A DNA stretch of 64,000 bases. Origin: Azolla caroliniana. Lineage: Eukaryota; Plantae; Polypodiophyta. Location of the stretch: NCBI GenBank assembly GCA_043228905.1, contig JBHGNT010000012.1, positions 9,858,001 through 9,922,000 on the forward strand. Direction: 5' to 3'. Below, in pieces: positions 11,279 to 22,274 of this stretch. Both the position numbers and the translations under genes were made by a program. The notes beneath the pieces were generated by a model. The model did not search any database. It saw nothing but the letters and a program-made list of their open reading frames with translations, and was not told the origin of the DNA. Position 1 is the first letter of the stretch. The number at the start of each line of letters is the position of its first letter.

Positions 11279-12203
11279 GGAGTTTGTGTTGCCAAATTGG
11301 AACAAAGTCTTCACAACTACAACATGGAGTTGTAACCACTAAATGTTGGCTTCCCCTGTTGCATGCATAAATTCATACATACACTCTATATAACATATTA
11401 AAGATGTCTCCATAAAGGCATCCAAAAATATGGACTTCTAATTACTAAGACTTGATTTCCTATGTGGCGTGAATAGATTCATGTACACAATCTATATCAC
11501 ATATGACTCAAGTCTCGATTAAACCATGGACAAATACATGTGCACATTCTATATGAAATACGAGCCAAGATTGCACTCTTGAAATTATTGTGCAATGTGG
11601 AAAATGAAAACTAATGATATGCCAACGTCATACAAAATATGGGTTAAGGCCCTTAGACAATAATGTATACTGCCAAGCCGACTATTTGTTGAGCTTAGGT
11701 CTCCATGACCATAACATGAAATTCTAACCACTAAAGGACAACCATAAAATGCTTTTGAATTGAAAACAATTTTGGCTGGGACGAATATTTCAAAGGAACC
11801 TTTGTTTGGGATGGTTTGTCGTAGCTTTTTGCTTAAATTAAATTTATATGGTTCTTGGTTTTGGCAACCAACATCCTATCTTAAATCCATTGGGATTCGA
11901 AGCATTTAACAACTTCCAATATTGCACTCGTAAAATTATTCCGCAATGTGGAAAACGAAAACTAATGATATGCAACATCATAAGTAATACGGGTTAAGGC
12001 CCTCAGGTAACCATCAAATGCTTTGGAATTGAAAACAATGTTGGCTGGGACGAATATTTGAAAGGAACCTTTGTTGGGGACGGTTGCTCGTAGTTTTTTA
12101 CTTCAATTAAATTTGTATGGCTCTTGGTTTTGGCAAAAAATTTCCTATCTCAAATACATTGGAATTCGAAACATTTAACAAGTGGATATACATTCACTTT
12201 TGG

Positions 12204-12275
12204 TGTGGTTGCTGGGATTCGAGCCCAGGTCTCCACGGCCACAACGTGGAATTCTAACCACTAAACTACAACCAC
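12204..12275 (-). tRNA. tRNA-His(GUG), intact consensus
   Basis: GTGGTTGTAGTTTAGTGGTTAGAATTCCACGTTGTGGCCGTGGAGACCTGGGCTCGAATCCCAGCAACCACA followed by CCA; plant-type C54 T-loop. Confidence 0.96.
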
Positions 12276-12931
12276 GGAGTTTATGTTGCCAAATTGGAAC
12301 AAAGTCTTCACAACTGCAACATGGAGTTGTAACCACTAAATATTGCCTTCCGATGTTGCATGTATAAATTCATACCTACACTCTATATAACATATTAAAG
12401 ATGGTTCCATAAAGGCATCCAGAAATACGGACTTCTAATCACGAAGACTTGATTTCGTATGTGGCGTGAATAAAGTCATGTACACAATCTATATCACATA
12501 TGACTCAAGTCTCGACTAAGCCATGGACAAATACATGTGCACATTCTATATGAAATACGAGCCAAGATTGCACTCTTGAAATTATTGTGCAATGTGGAAA
12601 ATAAAAACTAATGATATGCCAACTTCATACAAAATATAGGTGAAGGCCCTCAGACAATAATGTATAATGCCAAGTTGACTATTTGTTGAGCTTAGGTTTC
12701 CATGACCATTACGTAAACATCTAGCCACGAAAGTACAACCATCAAATGCTTTTTACTTGTAAACAATCTTGGCTAGGACGAATATTTGAAAGGAACCTTT
12801 CTTCGGGATGGTTGCTCGTAGTTTATTGCTTAAATTAAATATGTATGGTTCATGTTTTTGGCAACCAACTTCCTATCTCAAATCCATTTGGATTCGAAGC
12901 ATTTAACAAGTTGATATAGACTCACATTTGG

Positions 12932-13003
12932 TGTGGTTGCTGGGATTCGAGCCCAGGTCTCCACGGCCACAACGTGGAATTCTAACCACTAAACTACAAC
13001 CAC
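12932..13003 (-). tRNA. tRNA-His(GUG), intact consensus
   Basis: Identical to consensus; 14-bp deletion in the 5' flank. Confidence 0.95.
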
Positions 13004-13645
13004 GGAGTTGGAACAAAGTCTTCACAACTACAACATGGCGTTGTAACCACTAAATATTGCCTTCCCATGTTGCATGCATAAATTCATACCTAGACTCTAT
13101 ATAACATATTAAAGATGTCCCCATAAAGGAATCCAGAAATATGGACTTCTAATCACTAAGACTTGATTTCGTATGTGGCGTGAATAGATTCATGTACACA
13201 ATCTATAGGACATATGACTCAAGTGTGGATTAAGTCATGGACAAATACATGTGAACATTCTATATGGAAGACGAGCCAAGATTGCACTCGTGAAATTTTT
13301 GTGCAATGTGGAAAATGAATACTAATGATATGCCAACTTCATATGTAATATGGGTTAAGGCGCTCAGACAATAATGTATACTGCCAAGCGGACTATTTGT
13401 TGAGCTTAGGTCTCCATGACCATAACATGAAATTCTAACCAGTAAAGGACAACCAGAAAATGCTTTTGAATTGAAAACAATATTGGCTGGGACGAATATC
13501 TCAAAGGATCCTTTGTTTGGGATGGTTGGTCGTAGTTTTTTGCTTAAATTAAATTTATATGGTTCTTGGTTTTGGCAACCAACTTCCTATCTTAAATCCA
13601 TTGGGATGTGAAGCATTTAACAAGTTGATAAGGACTCACTTTTGG

Positions 13646-13717
13646 TGTGGTTGCTGTGATTCGAGCCCAGGTCTGCACGGCCACAACGTGGAATTCTAAC
13701 CACTAAACTACAACCAC
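13646..13717 (-). pseudogene. tRNA-His(GUG) with T-stem and anticodon-stem mismatches
   Basis: CTGTGAT and GTCTGCACGG variants. Confidence 0.7.
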
Positions 13718-14373
13718 GGAGTTTGTGTTGCCAAATTGGAACAAAGTCTTCACAACTACAACATGCAGTTGTAACCACTAAATATTGCCTTCCCATGTTG
13801 CATGCATAAATTCATACCTAGACTCTATATTACATATTAAAGATGTCCCTATAAAGGAATCCGGAAATATGGACTTCTAATCACTAAGACTTGATTTCGT
13901 ATGTGGCGTGAATAGATTCATGTACACAATCTATAGGACATATGACTCAAGTGTGGATTAAGCCATGGACAAATACATGTGAATATTCTATATGGAAGAC
14001 GAGCCAAGATTGCACTCGTGAAATTTTTGTGCAATGTGGAAAATGAATACTAATGATATGCCAACTTCATATGTAATATGGGTTAAGGCGCTCAGACAAT
14101 AATGTATACTGCCAAGCGGACTATTTGTTGAGCTTAGGTCTCCATGACCATAATATGAAATTCTAACCAGTAAAAGAAAACGAGAAAATGCTTTTAAATT
14201 GAAAACAATGTTGGCTGGGACGAATATCTCAAAGGATCCTTTGTTTGGGATGGTTGGTCGTAGTTTTTTGCTTAAATTAAATTTATATGGTTCTTTGTTT
14301 TGGCAACCAACTTCCTATCTTAAATCCATTGGGATATGAAGCATTTAACAAGTTGATATAGACTCAGTTTTGG

Positions 14374-14445
14374 TGTGGTTGCTGGGATTCGAGCCCAGGT
14401 CTCCACAGCCACAACGTGGAATTCTAACCACTAAACTACAACCAC
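14374..14445 (-). tRNA. tRNA-His(GUG), G31-U39 variant
   Basis: Single C>T in the anticodon stem. Confidence 0.88.
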
Positions 14446-15100
14446 GGAGTTTGTGTTGCCAAATTGGAACAAAGTCTTCACAACTACAACATGGTGTTGT
14501 AACCACTAAATATTGCCTTCCCATGTTGCATGCATAAATTCATACCTAGGCTCTATATTACATATTCAAGATGTCCCCATAAAGGAATCCAGAAATATGG
14601 ACTTCTAATCACTAAGACTTGATTTCGTATGTGGCGTGAATAGATTCATGTACACAATCTATAGGACATATGACTCAAGTGTGGATTAAGCCATGGACAA
14701 ATACATGTGAACATTCTATATTGAAGACGAGCCAAGATTGCACTCGTGAAATTTTTGTGCAATGTGGAAAATGAATACTAATGATATGCCAACTTCATAT
14801 GTAATATGGGTTAAGGCGCTCAGACAATAATGTATACTGCCAACCGGACTATTTGTTGAGCTTAGGTCTCCATGACCATAACATGAAATTCTAACCAGTA
14901 AAGGACAACCAGAAAAAGCTTTTGAATTGAAAACAATGTTGGCTGGGACGAATATCTCAAAGGTTCCTTTGTTTGGGATGGTTGGTCGTAGTTTTTTGCT
15001 TAAATTAAATTATATGGTTCTTGGTTTTGGCAACCAACTTCCTATCTTAAATCCATTGGGATATGAAGCATTTAACAAGTTGATATAGACTCACTTTTGG

Positions 15101-15172
15101 TGTGGTTGCTGGGATTCGAGCCCAGGTCTCCACGGCCACAACGTGGAATTCTAACCACTAAACTACAACCAC
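15101..15172 (-). tRNA. tRNA-His(GUG), intact consensus
   Basis: Identical to consensus, with CCA. Confidence 0.96.
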
Positions 15173-15828
15173 GGTGTTTGTGTTGCCAAATTGGAACAAA
15201 GTCTTCACAACTACAACATGGAGTTGTAACCACTAAATATTGCCTTCCCATGTTGCATGCATAATTTCATACCTAGACTCTATATTACATATTAAAGATG
15301 TCCCTATAAAGGAATCCGGAAATATGGACTTCTAATCACTAAGACTTGAATTCGTATGTGGCGTGAATAGATTCATGTACACAATCTATAGGACATATGA
15401 CTCAAGTGTGGATTAAGTCATGGACAAATACATGTGAACATTCTATATAGAAGACGAGCCAAGATTGCACTCGTGAAATTATTGTGCAATGTGGAAAATG
15501 AATACTAATGATATGCCAACTTCATATGTAATATGGGTTAAGGCGCTCAGACAATAATGTATACTGCCAACCGGACTATTTGTTGAGCTTAGGTCTCCAT
15601 GACCATAACATGAAATTCTAACCAGTAAAGGACAACCAGAAAAAGCTTTTGAATTGAAAACAATGTTGGCTGGGACGAATATCGCAAAGGTTCCTTTGTT
15701 TGGGATGGTTGGTCGTAGTTTTTTGCTTAAATTAAATTTATATGGTTCTTGGTTTTGGCAACCAACTTCCTATCTTAAATCCATTGGGATATGAAGCATT
15801 TAACAAGTTGATATAGACTCAGTTTTGG

Positions 15829-15900
15829 TGTGGTTGCTGGGATTCGAGCCCAGGTCTCCACGGCCACAACGTGGAATTCTAACCACTAAACTACAACCAC
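15829..15900 (-). tRNA. tRNA-His(GUG), intact consensus
   Basis: Identical to consensus, with CCA. Confidence 0.96.
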
Positions 15901-16556
15901 GGAGTTTGTGTTGCCAAATTGGAACAAAGTCTTCACAACTACAACATGGAGTTGTAACCACTAAATATTGCCTTCCCATGTTGCATGCATAAATTCATAC
16001 CTAGACTCTATATTACATATTAAAGATGTCCCTATAAAGGAATCCGGAAATATGGACTTCTAATCACTAAGACTTGATTTCGTATGTGGCGTGAATAGAT
16101 TCATGTACACAATCTATAGGACATATGACTCAAGTGTGGATTAAGTCATGGACAAATACATGTGAACATTCTATATGGAAGACGAGCCAAGATTGCACTC
16201 GTGAAATTTTTGTGCAATGTGGAAAATGAATACTAATGATATGCCAACTTCATATGTAATATGGGTTAAGGCGCTCAGACAATAAGGTATACTGCCAAGC
16301 GGACTATCTGTTAAGCTTAGGTTTCCATGACCATAACATGAAATTCTAACCAGTAATGCACAACCAGAAAATGCTTTTGAATTGAAAACAATGTTGGCTG
16401 GGACGAATATCTCAAAGGATCCTTTGTTTGGGATGGTTGGTCATAGTTTTTTGCTTAAATTAAATTTATATGGTTCTTGGTTTTGGCAACCAACTTCCTA
16501 TCTTAAATCCATTGGGATTTGAAGCATTTAACAAGTTGATATAGACTCAGTTTTGG

Positions 16557-16628
16557 TGTGGTTGCTGGGATTCGAGCCCAGGTCTCCACGGCCACAACGT
16601 GGAATTCTAACCACTAAACTACAACCAC
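16557..16628 (-). tRNA. tRNA-His(GUG), intact consensus
   Basis: Identical to consensus, with CCA. Confidence 0.96.
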
Positions 16629-17283
16629 GGAGTTTGTGTTGCCAAATTGGAACAAAGTCTTCACAACTACAACATGGAGTTGTAACCACTAAATATTGCC
16701 TTCCCATGTTGCATGCATAAATTCATACCTAGACTCTATATAACATATTAAAGATGTCTCCATAAAGGCATCCAGAAATACGGACTTCTAATCACTAAGA
16801 CTTGATTTCGTATGTGGCGTGAATAGATTCATGTACACAATCTATATCACATATGACTCAAGTCTTGATTAGGCCATGGACAAATACATGTGCACATTCT
16901 ATATGAAATACGAGCCAAGATTGCACTCTTGAAATTATTATGAAATGTGGAAAATGAAAACTAATGATATGCCAACTTCATACGTAATATGGGTTAAGGC
17001 CCTCGACAATAATGTATAATGCCAAGCGGACTATTTGTTAAACTTAGGTCTCCATGACCATTACGTAAACATCTAACCACTAAAGTACAACCATCAAATG
17101 CTTTTGAAATTAAAATAATCTTGGCTAGGAGGAATATTTGAAAGGAACCTTTGTTGGGGATGGTTACTCGTAGTTTTTTGCTTAAATAAAATTTGTATGG
17201 TTCTTGGTTTTGGCAACCAACTTCTTATCTCAAATCCATTTGGATGCGATGCATTTAACAAGTTGATATAGACTCAGTTTTGG

Positions 17284-17355
17284 TGTGGTTGCTGGGATTC
17301 GAGCCCAGGTCTCCACGGCCACAACGTGGAATTCTAACCACTAAACTACAACCAC
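17284..17355 (-). tRNA. tRNA-His(GUG), intact consensus
   Basis: Identical to consensus, with CCA. Confidence 0.96.
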
Positions 17356-18010
17356 GGAGTTTATGTTGCCAAAATGGAATAAAGTCTTCACAACTACAAC
17401 ATGGAGTTGTAACCACTAAATATTGCCTTCCCATGTTGCATGCATAAATTTATAGTTACACTCTATATAATATATTAGGGAAGTCTCCATAAAGGCATCC
17501 ATAAATACAGACTTCTAATCACTAAGACTTGATTTCGTATGTGGTGTGAATAAATTCATGTATACAATCTATATGACATATGACTCAAGTGTGCATTAAG
17601 CCATGGACAAATACATGTGCGCATTCTATATGAAATAGAAGCCAATATTGCACTCGTGAAATTATTTTGCAATGTGGAAAATGAAAACTAATGATATGCA
17701 ACATCATAGGTAATACGGTTTACGGCCCTCCTACAATAATGTATAATGCAAAGTTGACTGTTTGTTGAGCTTAGGTCTCCATGACCATAACATGAACTTT
17801 GAACCACTAAAGTATAACCATCAAATGCTTTTGAATTGAAAACAATGTTGGCTAGGACGAATATTTGAAAGGAACCTTTGTTGGGGATGGTTACTCGTAG
17901 TTTTCTGCTAAAATAAAATTTGTATGGTTCTTGGTTTTGGCAACCAACTTCTTATCTCAAATCCATTTGGATGCAATGCATTTAACAAGTTGATATAGAC
18001 TCAGTTTTGG

Positions 18011-18082
18011 TGTGGTTGCTGGGATTCGAGCCCAGGTCTCCACGGCCACAACGTGGAATTCTAACCACTAAACTACAACCAC
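18011..18082 (-). tRNA. tRNA-His(GUG), intact consensus
   Basis: Identical to consensus, with CCA. Confidence 0.96.
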
Positions 18083-18737
18083 GGAGTTTGTGTTGCCAAA
18101 ATGGAATAAAGTCTTCACAACTACAACATGGAGTTGTAACCACTAAATATTGCCTTCCCATGTTGCATGCATAAATTTATAGTTACACTCTATATAATAT
18201 ATTAGGGAAGTCTCCATAAAGGCATCCATAAATACAGACTTCTAATCACTAAGACTTGATTTCGTATGTGGTGTGAATAAATTCATGTATACAATCTATA
18301 TGACATATGACTCAAGTGTGGATTAAGCCATGGACAAATACATGTGCGCATTCTATATGAAATAGAAGCCAATATTGCACTCGTGAAATTATTTTGCAAT
18401 GTGGAAAATGAAAACTAATGATATGCAACATCATAGGTAATACGGTTTACGGCCCTCCGACAATAATGTATAATGCAAAGTTGACTGTTTGTTGAGCTTA
18501 GGTCTCCATGACCATAACATGAACTTCGAACCACTAAAGTATAACCATCAAATGCTTTTGAATTGAAAACAATGTTGGCTGGGACGAATATTTGAAAGGA
18601 ACCTTTGTTTGGGATGGTGGCTTGTAGTTTTTTGCTTAAATTCAATTTGTATGGTTCTTGGTTTTGGCAACCAACTTCCTATCCTAAATACATTGGGATT
18701 CAAAGCATTTAACAAGTCGATATAGACTCACTTTTAG

Positions 18738-18809
18738 TGTTGTTGCTGGGATTCGAGCCCAGGTCTCCACGGCCACAACGTGGAATTCTAACCACTAAAC
18801 TACAACCAC
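18738..18809 (-). tRNA. tRNA-His(GUG) with an acceptor-stem mismatch; CCA changed to CTA
   Basis: + strand TAGTGTTGTTGCTGGG versus consensus TGGTGTGGTTGCTGGG. Confidence 0.75.
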
Positions 18810-19464
18810 GGAGTTTGTGTTGCCAAAATGGAATAAAGTCTTCACAACTACAACATGGAGTTGTAACCACTAAATATTGCCTTCCCATGTTGCATGCATA
18901 AATTTATAGTTACACTCTATATAATATATTAGGGAAGTCTCCATAAAGGCATCCATAAATACAGACTTCTAATCACTAAGACTTGATTTCGTATGTGGTG
19001 TGAATAAATTCATGTATACAATCTATATGACATATGACTCAAGTGTGGATTAAGCCATGGACAAATACATGTGCGCATTCTATATGAAATAGAAGCCAAT
19101 ATTGCACTCGTGAAATTATTTTGCAATGTGGAAAATGAAAACTAATGATATGCAACATCATAGGTAATACGGTTTACGGCCCTCCGACAATAATGTATAA
19201 TGCAAAGTTGACTGTTTGTTGAGCTTAGGTCTCCATGACCATAACATGAACTTCGAACCACTAAAGTATAACCATCAAATGCTTTTGAATTGAAAACAAT
19301 GTTGGCTGGGACGAATATTTGAAAGGAACCTTTGTTTGGGATGGTGGCTTGTAGTTTTTTGCTTAAATTCAATTTGTATGGTTCTTGGTTTTGGCAACCA
19401 ACTTCCTATCCTAAATACATTGGGATTCAAAGCATTTAACAAGTCGATATAGACTCACTTTTAG

Positions 19465-19536
19465 TGTTGTTGCTGGGATTCGAGCCCAGGTCTCCACGGC
19501 CACAACGTGGAATTCTAACCACTAAACTACAACCAC
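19465..19536 (-). tRNA. tRNA-His(GUG), same variant as 18738-18809
   Basis: Shares both substitutions with the adjacent copy. Confidence 0.75.
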
Positions 19537-20178
19537 GGAGTTGGAACAAAGTCTTCACAACTACAACATGGAGTTGTAACCACTAAATATTGCCTTCCCA
19601 TGTTGCATGCATAAATTCATAGCTACAATCTATATAACATATTAGGGAGGTCTCCATAAAGGCATCCATAAATACGGACTTGTAATCACTAAGAATTCAC
19701 TTCGTATGTGGAGTGAATAAATTCATGTACACAATCTATATAACATATGACTCAAGGCTCGATTAAGCCATGGACAAATACATGTGCACATTCTATATGA
19801 AATACGAGCCAAGATTGCACTCGTGAAATTATTGTGCAATGTGGAAAATGAATACTAATGATATGCTAACTTCATATGTAATATGGGTTAATGCGCTCAG
19901 ACAATTATGTATAATGCCAAGCAGACTATTTGTTGAGCTTAGGCCTCCATGACCATAACATGAAATTCTAACCAGTAAAGGACAACCATAAAATGCTTTT
20001 GAATTGAAAACAATGTTGGCTGGGACGAATATTTCAAAGGAACCTTTGTTTGGGATGGTGGCTCGTAGTTTTTTGCTTAAATTAAATTTATATGGTTCTT
20101 GGTTTTGGCAACCAACTTCCTATCTCAAATCCATTTGGATTCGAAGCATTTAACAAGTTGATATAGACTAACTTTTGG

Positions 20179-20250
20179 TGTGGTTGCTGGCATTTGAGGT
20201 TAGGTCTCCACGGCCACTACGTGGAATTCTAACCACTAAACTACAACCAC
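20179..20250 (-). pseudogene. tRNA-His pseudogene, T-arm/B-box destroyed
   Basis: CTGGCATTTGAGGTTAGG instead of CTGGGATTCGAGCCCAGG; U33 also altered. Confidence 0.85.
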
Positions 20251-20604
20251 AAAGTTTGTGTTGCCAAATTGGAACAAAGTCTTCACAACTACAACATGGA
20301 GTTGTAACCACTAAATATTGCCTTCCCATGTTGCATGCATAAATTCATACCTACACTCTGTATAACATATTAAAGATGTCTCAATAAAGGCATCCATAAA
20401 TATGGACTTCTAATCGCTAGGACTTGACTTCGTATGTGGTGGGAATAAATTCATGTACACAATCTATATGACATATGACTCAAGTCTCGATTAAGCAATG
20501 GACAAATACATGTGCACATTCTATATGAAATACGAGCCAAGATTGCACTCTTGAAATTATTGTGCAATGTGGAAAATGAAAACTAATGACATTCCAACTT
20601 CATA

Positions 20605-20771
20605 CCTTGCCGAATTCAAAAACTAATAGTTTTCGCACGTGAATGTCTACTGAATTTCGGGGTTTAGATGGAGATTCATGCGCAAGTCTCGACTGTGACG
20701 ACCTCGAATTTTAACCATTGAGTCGAGTTTTTTGGTCAAATTAACTATTATCGTTGTTTGAATTTTGCATG
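20605..20771. mobile_element. MITE-like insertion (~167 bp) in the array spacer; diverged second copy at ~22596-22750
   Basis: Absent from core units. Imperfect TIRs TGCCGAATTCAAAAAC..TAATAGTT / AACTATTA..GTTTGAATTTTGCA; TA on both sides. Confidence 0.55.
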
Positions 20772-21010
20772 TACACATTCGATACGTAATATGGGTCAAG
20801 GCCCTCTAATAACAATGTATAATGCCAAGATCATTGTTTTCCGCGCTTAGGTCTCCATGACCATAACGTGGACATCTAACAACTAAAGCACAACCATCAA
20901 ATGCTTTTCAATCGAAAACAATTGTGATTGAGGCGAATATTTGAAAGGAACCTTTCTTGGGGGTGGTTGGTCGTAGGCTTTTGCTTAAATTAAATTATTA
21001 TTGTTCTTGG

Positions 21011-21636
21011 TACACCTTTTACACCCATTTGAAACCAATCGGTTAGCAATGTCGGGGAGGATCACCCATGTCCCATGTGTCGTTGGAATCAAGTGCCCGC
21101 ATCTCTTCCTCCATTGCGACATACAAATTCGCGGCTTTTTCCGCCTCTGCATAGCTCTCCGGCTAACGCACTCCGCCACCTTGCTCATGTACGCATAATG
21201 ATGCTCCATGTAGTCATTATACCCATACCATTTGACGGGGTTCTTCTGGCGGGTTGATCAACGTAACTACTCGTTTCCTGATTTTAAGGCTCTCTTTGCT
21301 GACTCAGACTTCGTAACCGAAGGTTCGTCTTCTTTCCTTCTGATTTGACTCGTCTCTACAATTTGTCATTTTCTTCTTCCCTTTTTCTTTGCGCATGAAC
21401 CGTCACCTCAATTCCTTACATCGGGAAAATACAGCCAACTCTCCATTACTCGCCGGCTCTTCATCTCACTGGTCAATCCTACCCAATCACTCATTCGTCC
21501 CAATTAGTAGGAATGAATTCAAACTCTCATCGAGAGTTGCAGACTCTTCTTCTTCGTCTGCTCGGATCGTTTCAGGCTCATTGGCCTCATACTCTGGAAT
21601 TGGTTTGGAGTCGGACATCGGAGTTAGCAGAGCGTA
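21011..21636 (-). mobile_element. LTR-less copia internal fragment (IN-RT linker and RT start; B/D family) replacing about 245 bp of a unit, including its tRNA
   Basis: Minus strand encodes ...YGYNDYMEHHYAYMSKVAE..., homologous to 57092-57301 and 30061. Array sequence resumes near 21637. Confidence 0.8.
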
Positions 21637-22202
21637 CTACCTCTACACTCTATATAACATATTAGGGAAGTCTCCATAAAGGCACCCATAAATATGGAAT
21701 TCTAATCACTAAGACTTGACTTCCTATGTGGCGTGAATAAGTTCATGTACACAATCTATATGACATATGAGGCAAGTCTAGATAAAGCCATGGACAAATA
21801 CATGTGCACATTCTATATGTAATATGACCCAATATTACACTCGTGAAATTATTTTGCAATATGGAAAATGAAAACTAATGATATGCCAACTTCATACGTA
21901 ATATGGGTTAAGGCCCTCCGACAGTAATGTATTTAAATGCCAAGTTGATTGTTTGTTGAGCTTAGGTCTCCATGACCATAACGTAGACTTCTAACCACTA
22001 AAGTATAACCATCAAATGCTCTTCAATTAAAAATAATATTGGTTAGGATGAACATTTGATAGGAACCTTTGTTGGGGTTGGTTGATCATAGTTTTTTGCT
22101 CAAATTAAATAGTTATGGTTCTTGGTATTTGCAACTAACTTTCTATCTCAAATCCATTGGGATTTGAATCATCTTTAGAAGTTGATATAGACTCACTTTA
22201 GG

Positions 22203-22274
22203 AGTGGGTGGTGGGATTCGAGCCCAGGTCTCCACGGCTACAACGTGGAATTCTAACCACTAAACTAGAACCAC
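22203..22274 (-). pseudogene. Diverged tRNA-His pseudogene (anticodon GTA, acceptor-stem lesions)
   Basis: + strand AGTGGGTGGTGGGATTCGAGCCCAGGTCTCCACGGCTACAACGTGG... Confidence 0.8.

Noticed and set aside
12204-12275. Organellar or bacterial origin of the tRNA-His because of the encoded CCA
   Set aside because: The sequence is plant cytosolic type (C54 T-loop, A73, no encoded G-1), unlike plastid or bacterial trnH.
9001-12367. Repeated 61-aa ORFs (MDIHSLLVWLLGFEP...) and 76-aa ORFs at 18415/19142
   Set aside because: Antisense or spacer translations of the tRNA array, with non-ATG starts; not maintained across units.
8341-20250. CRISPR-like array (conserved 75-bp repeat with spacers)
   Set aside because: The repeat is a eukaryotic tRNA gene, the spacers are ~650-bp homologues of each other, and there are no cas genes.
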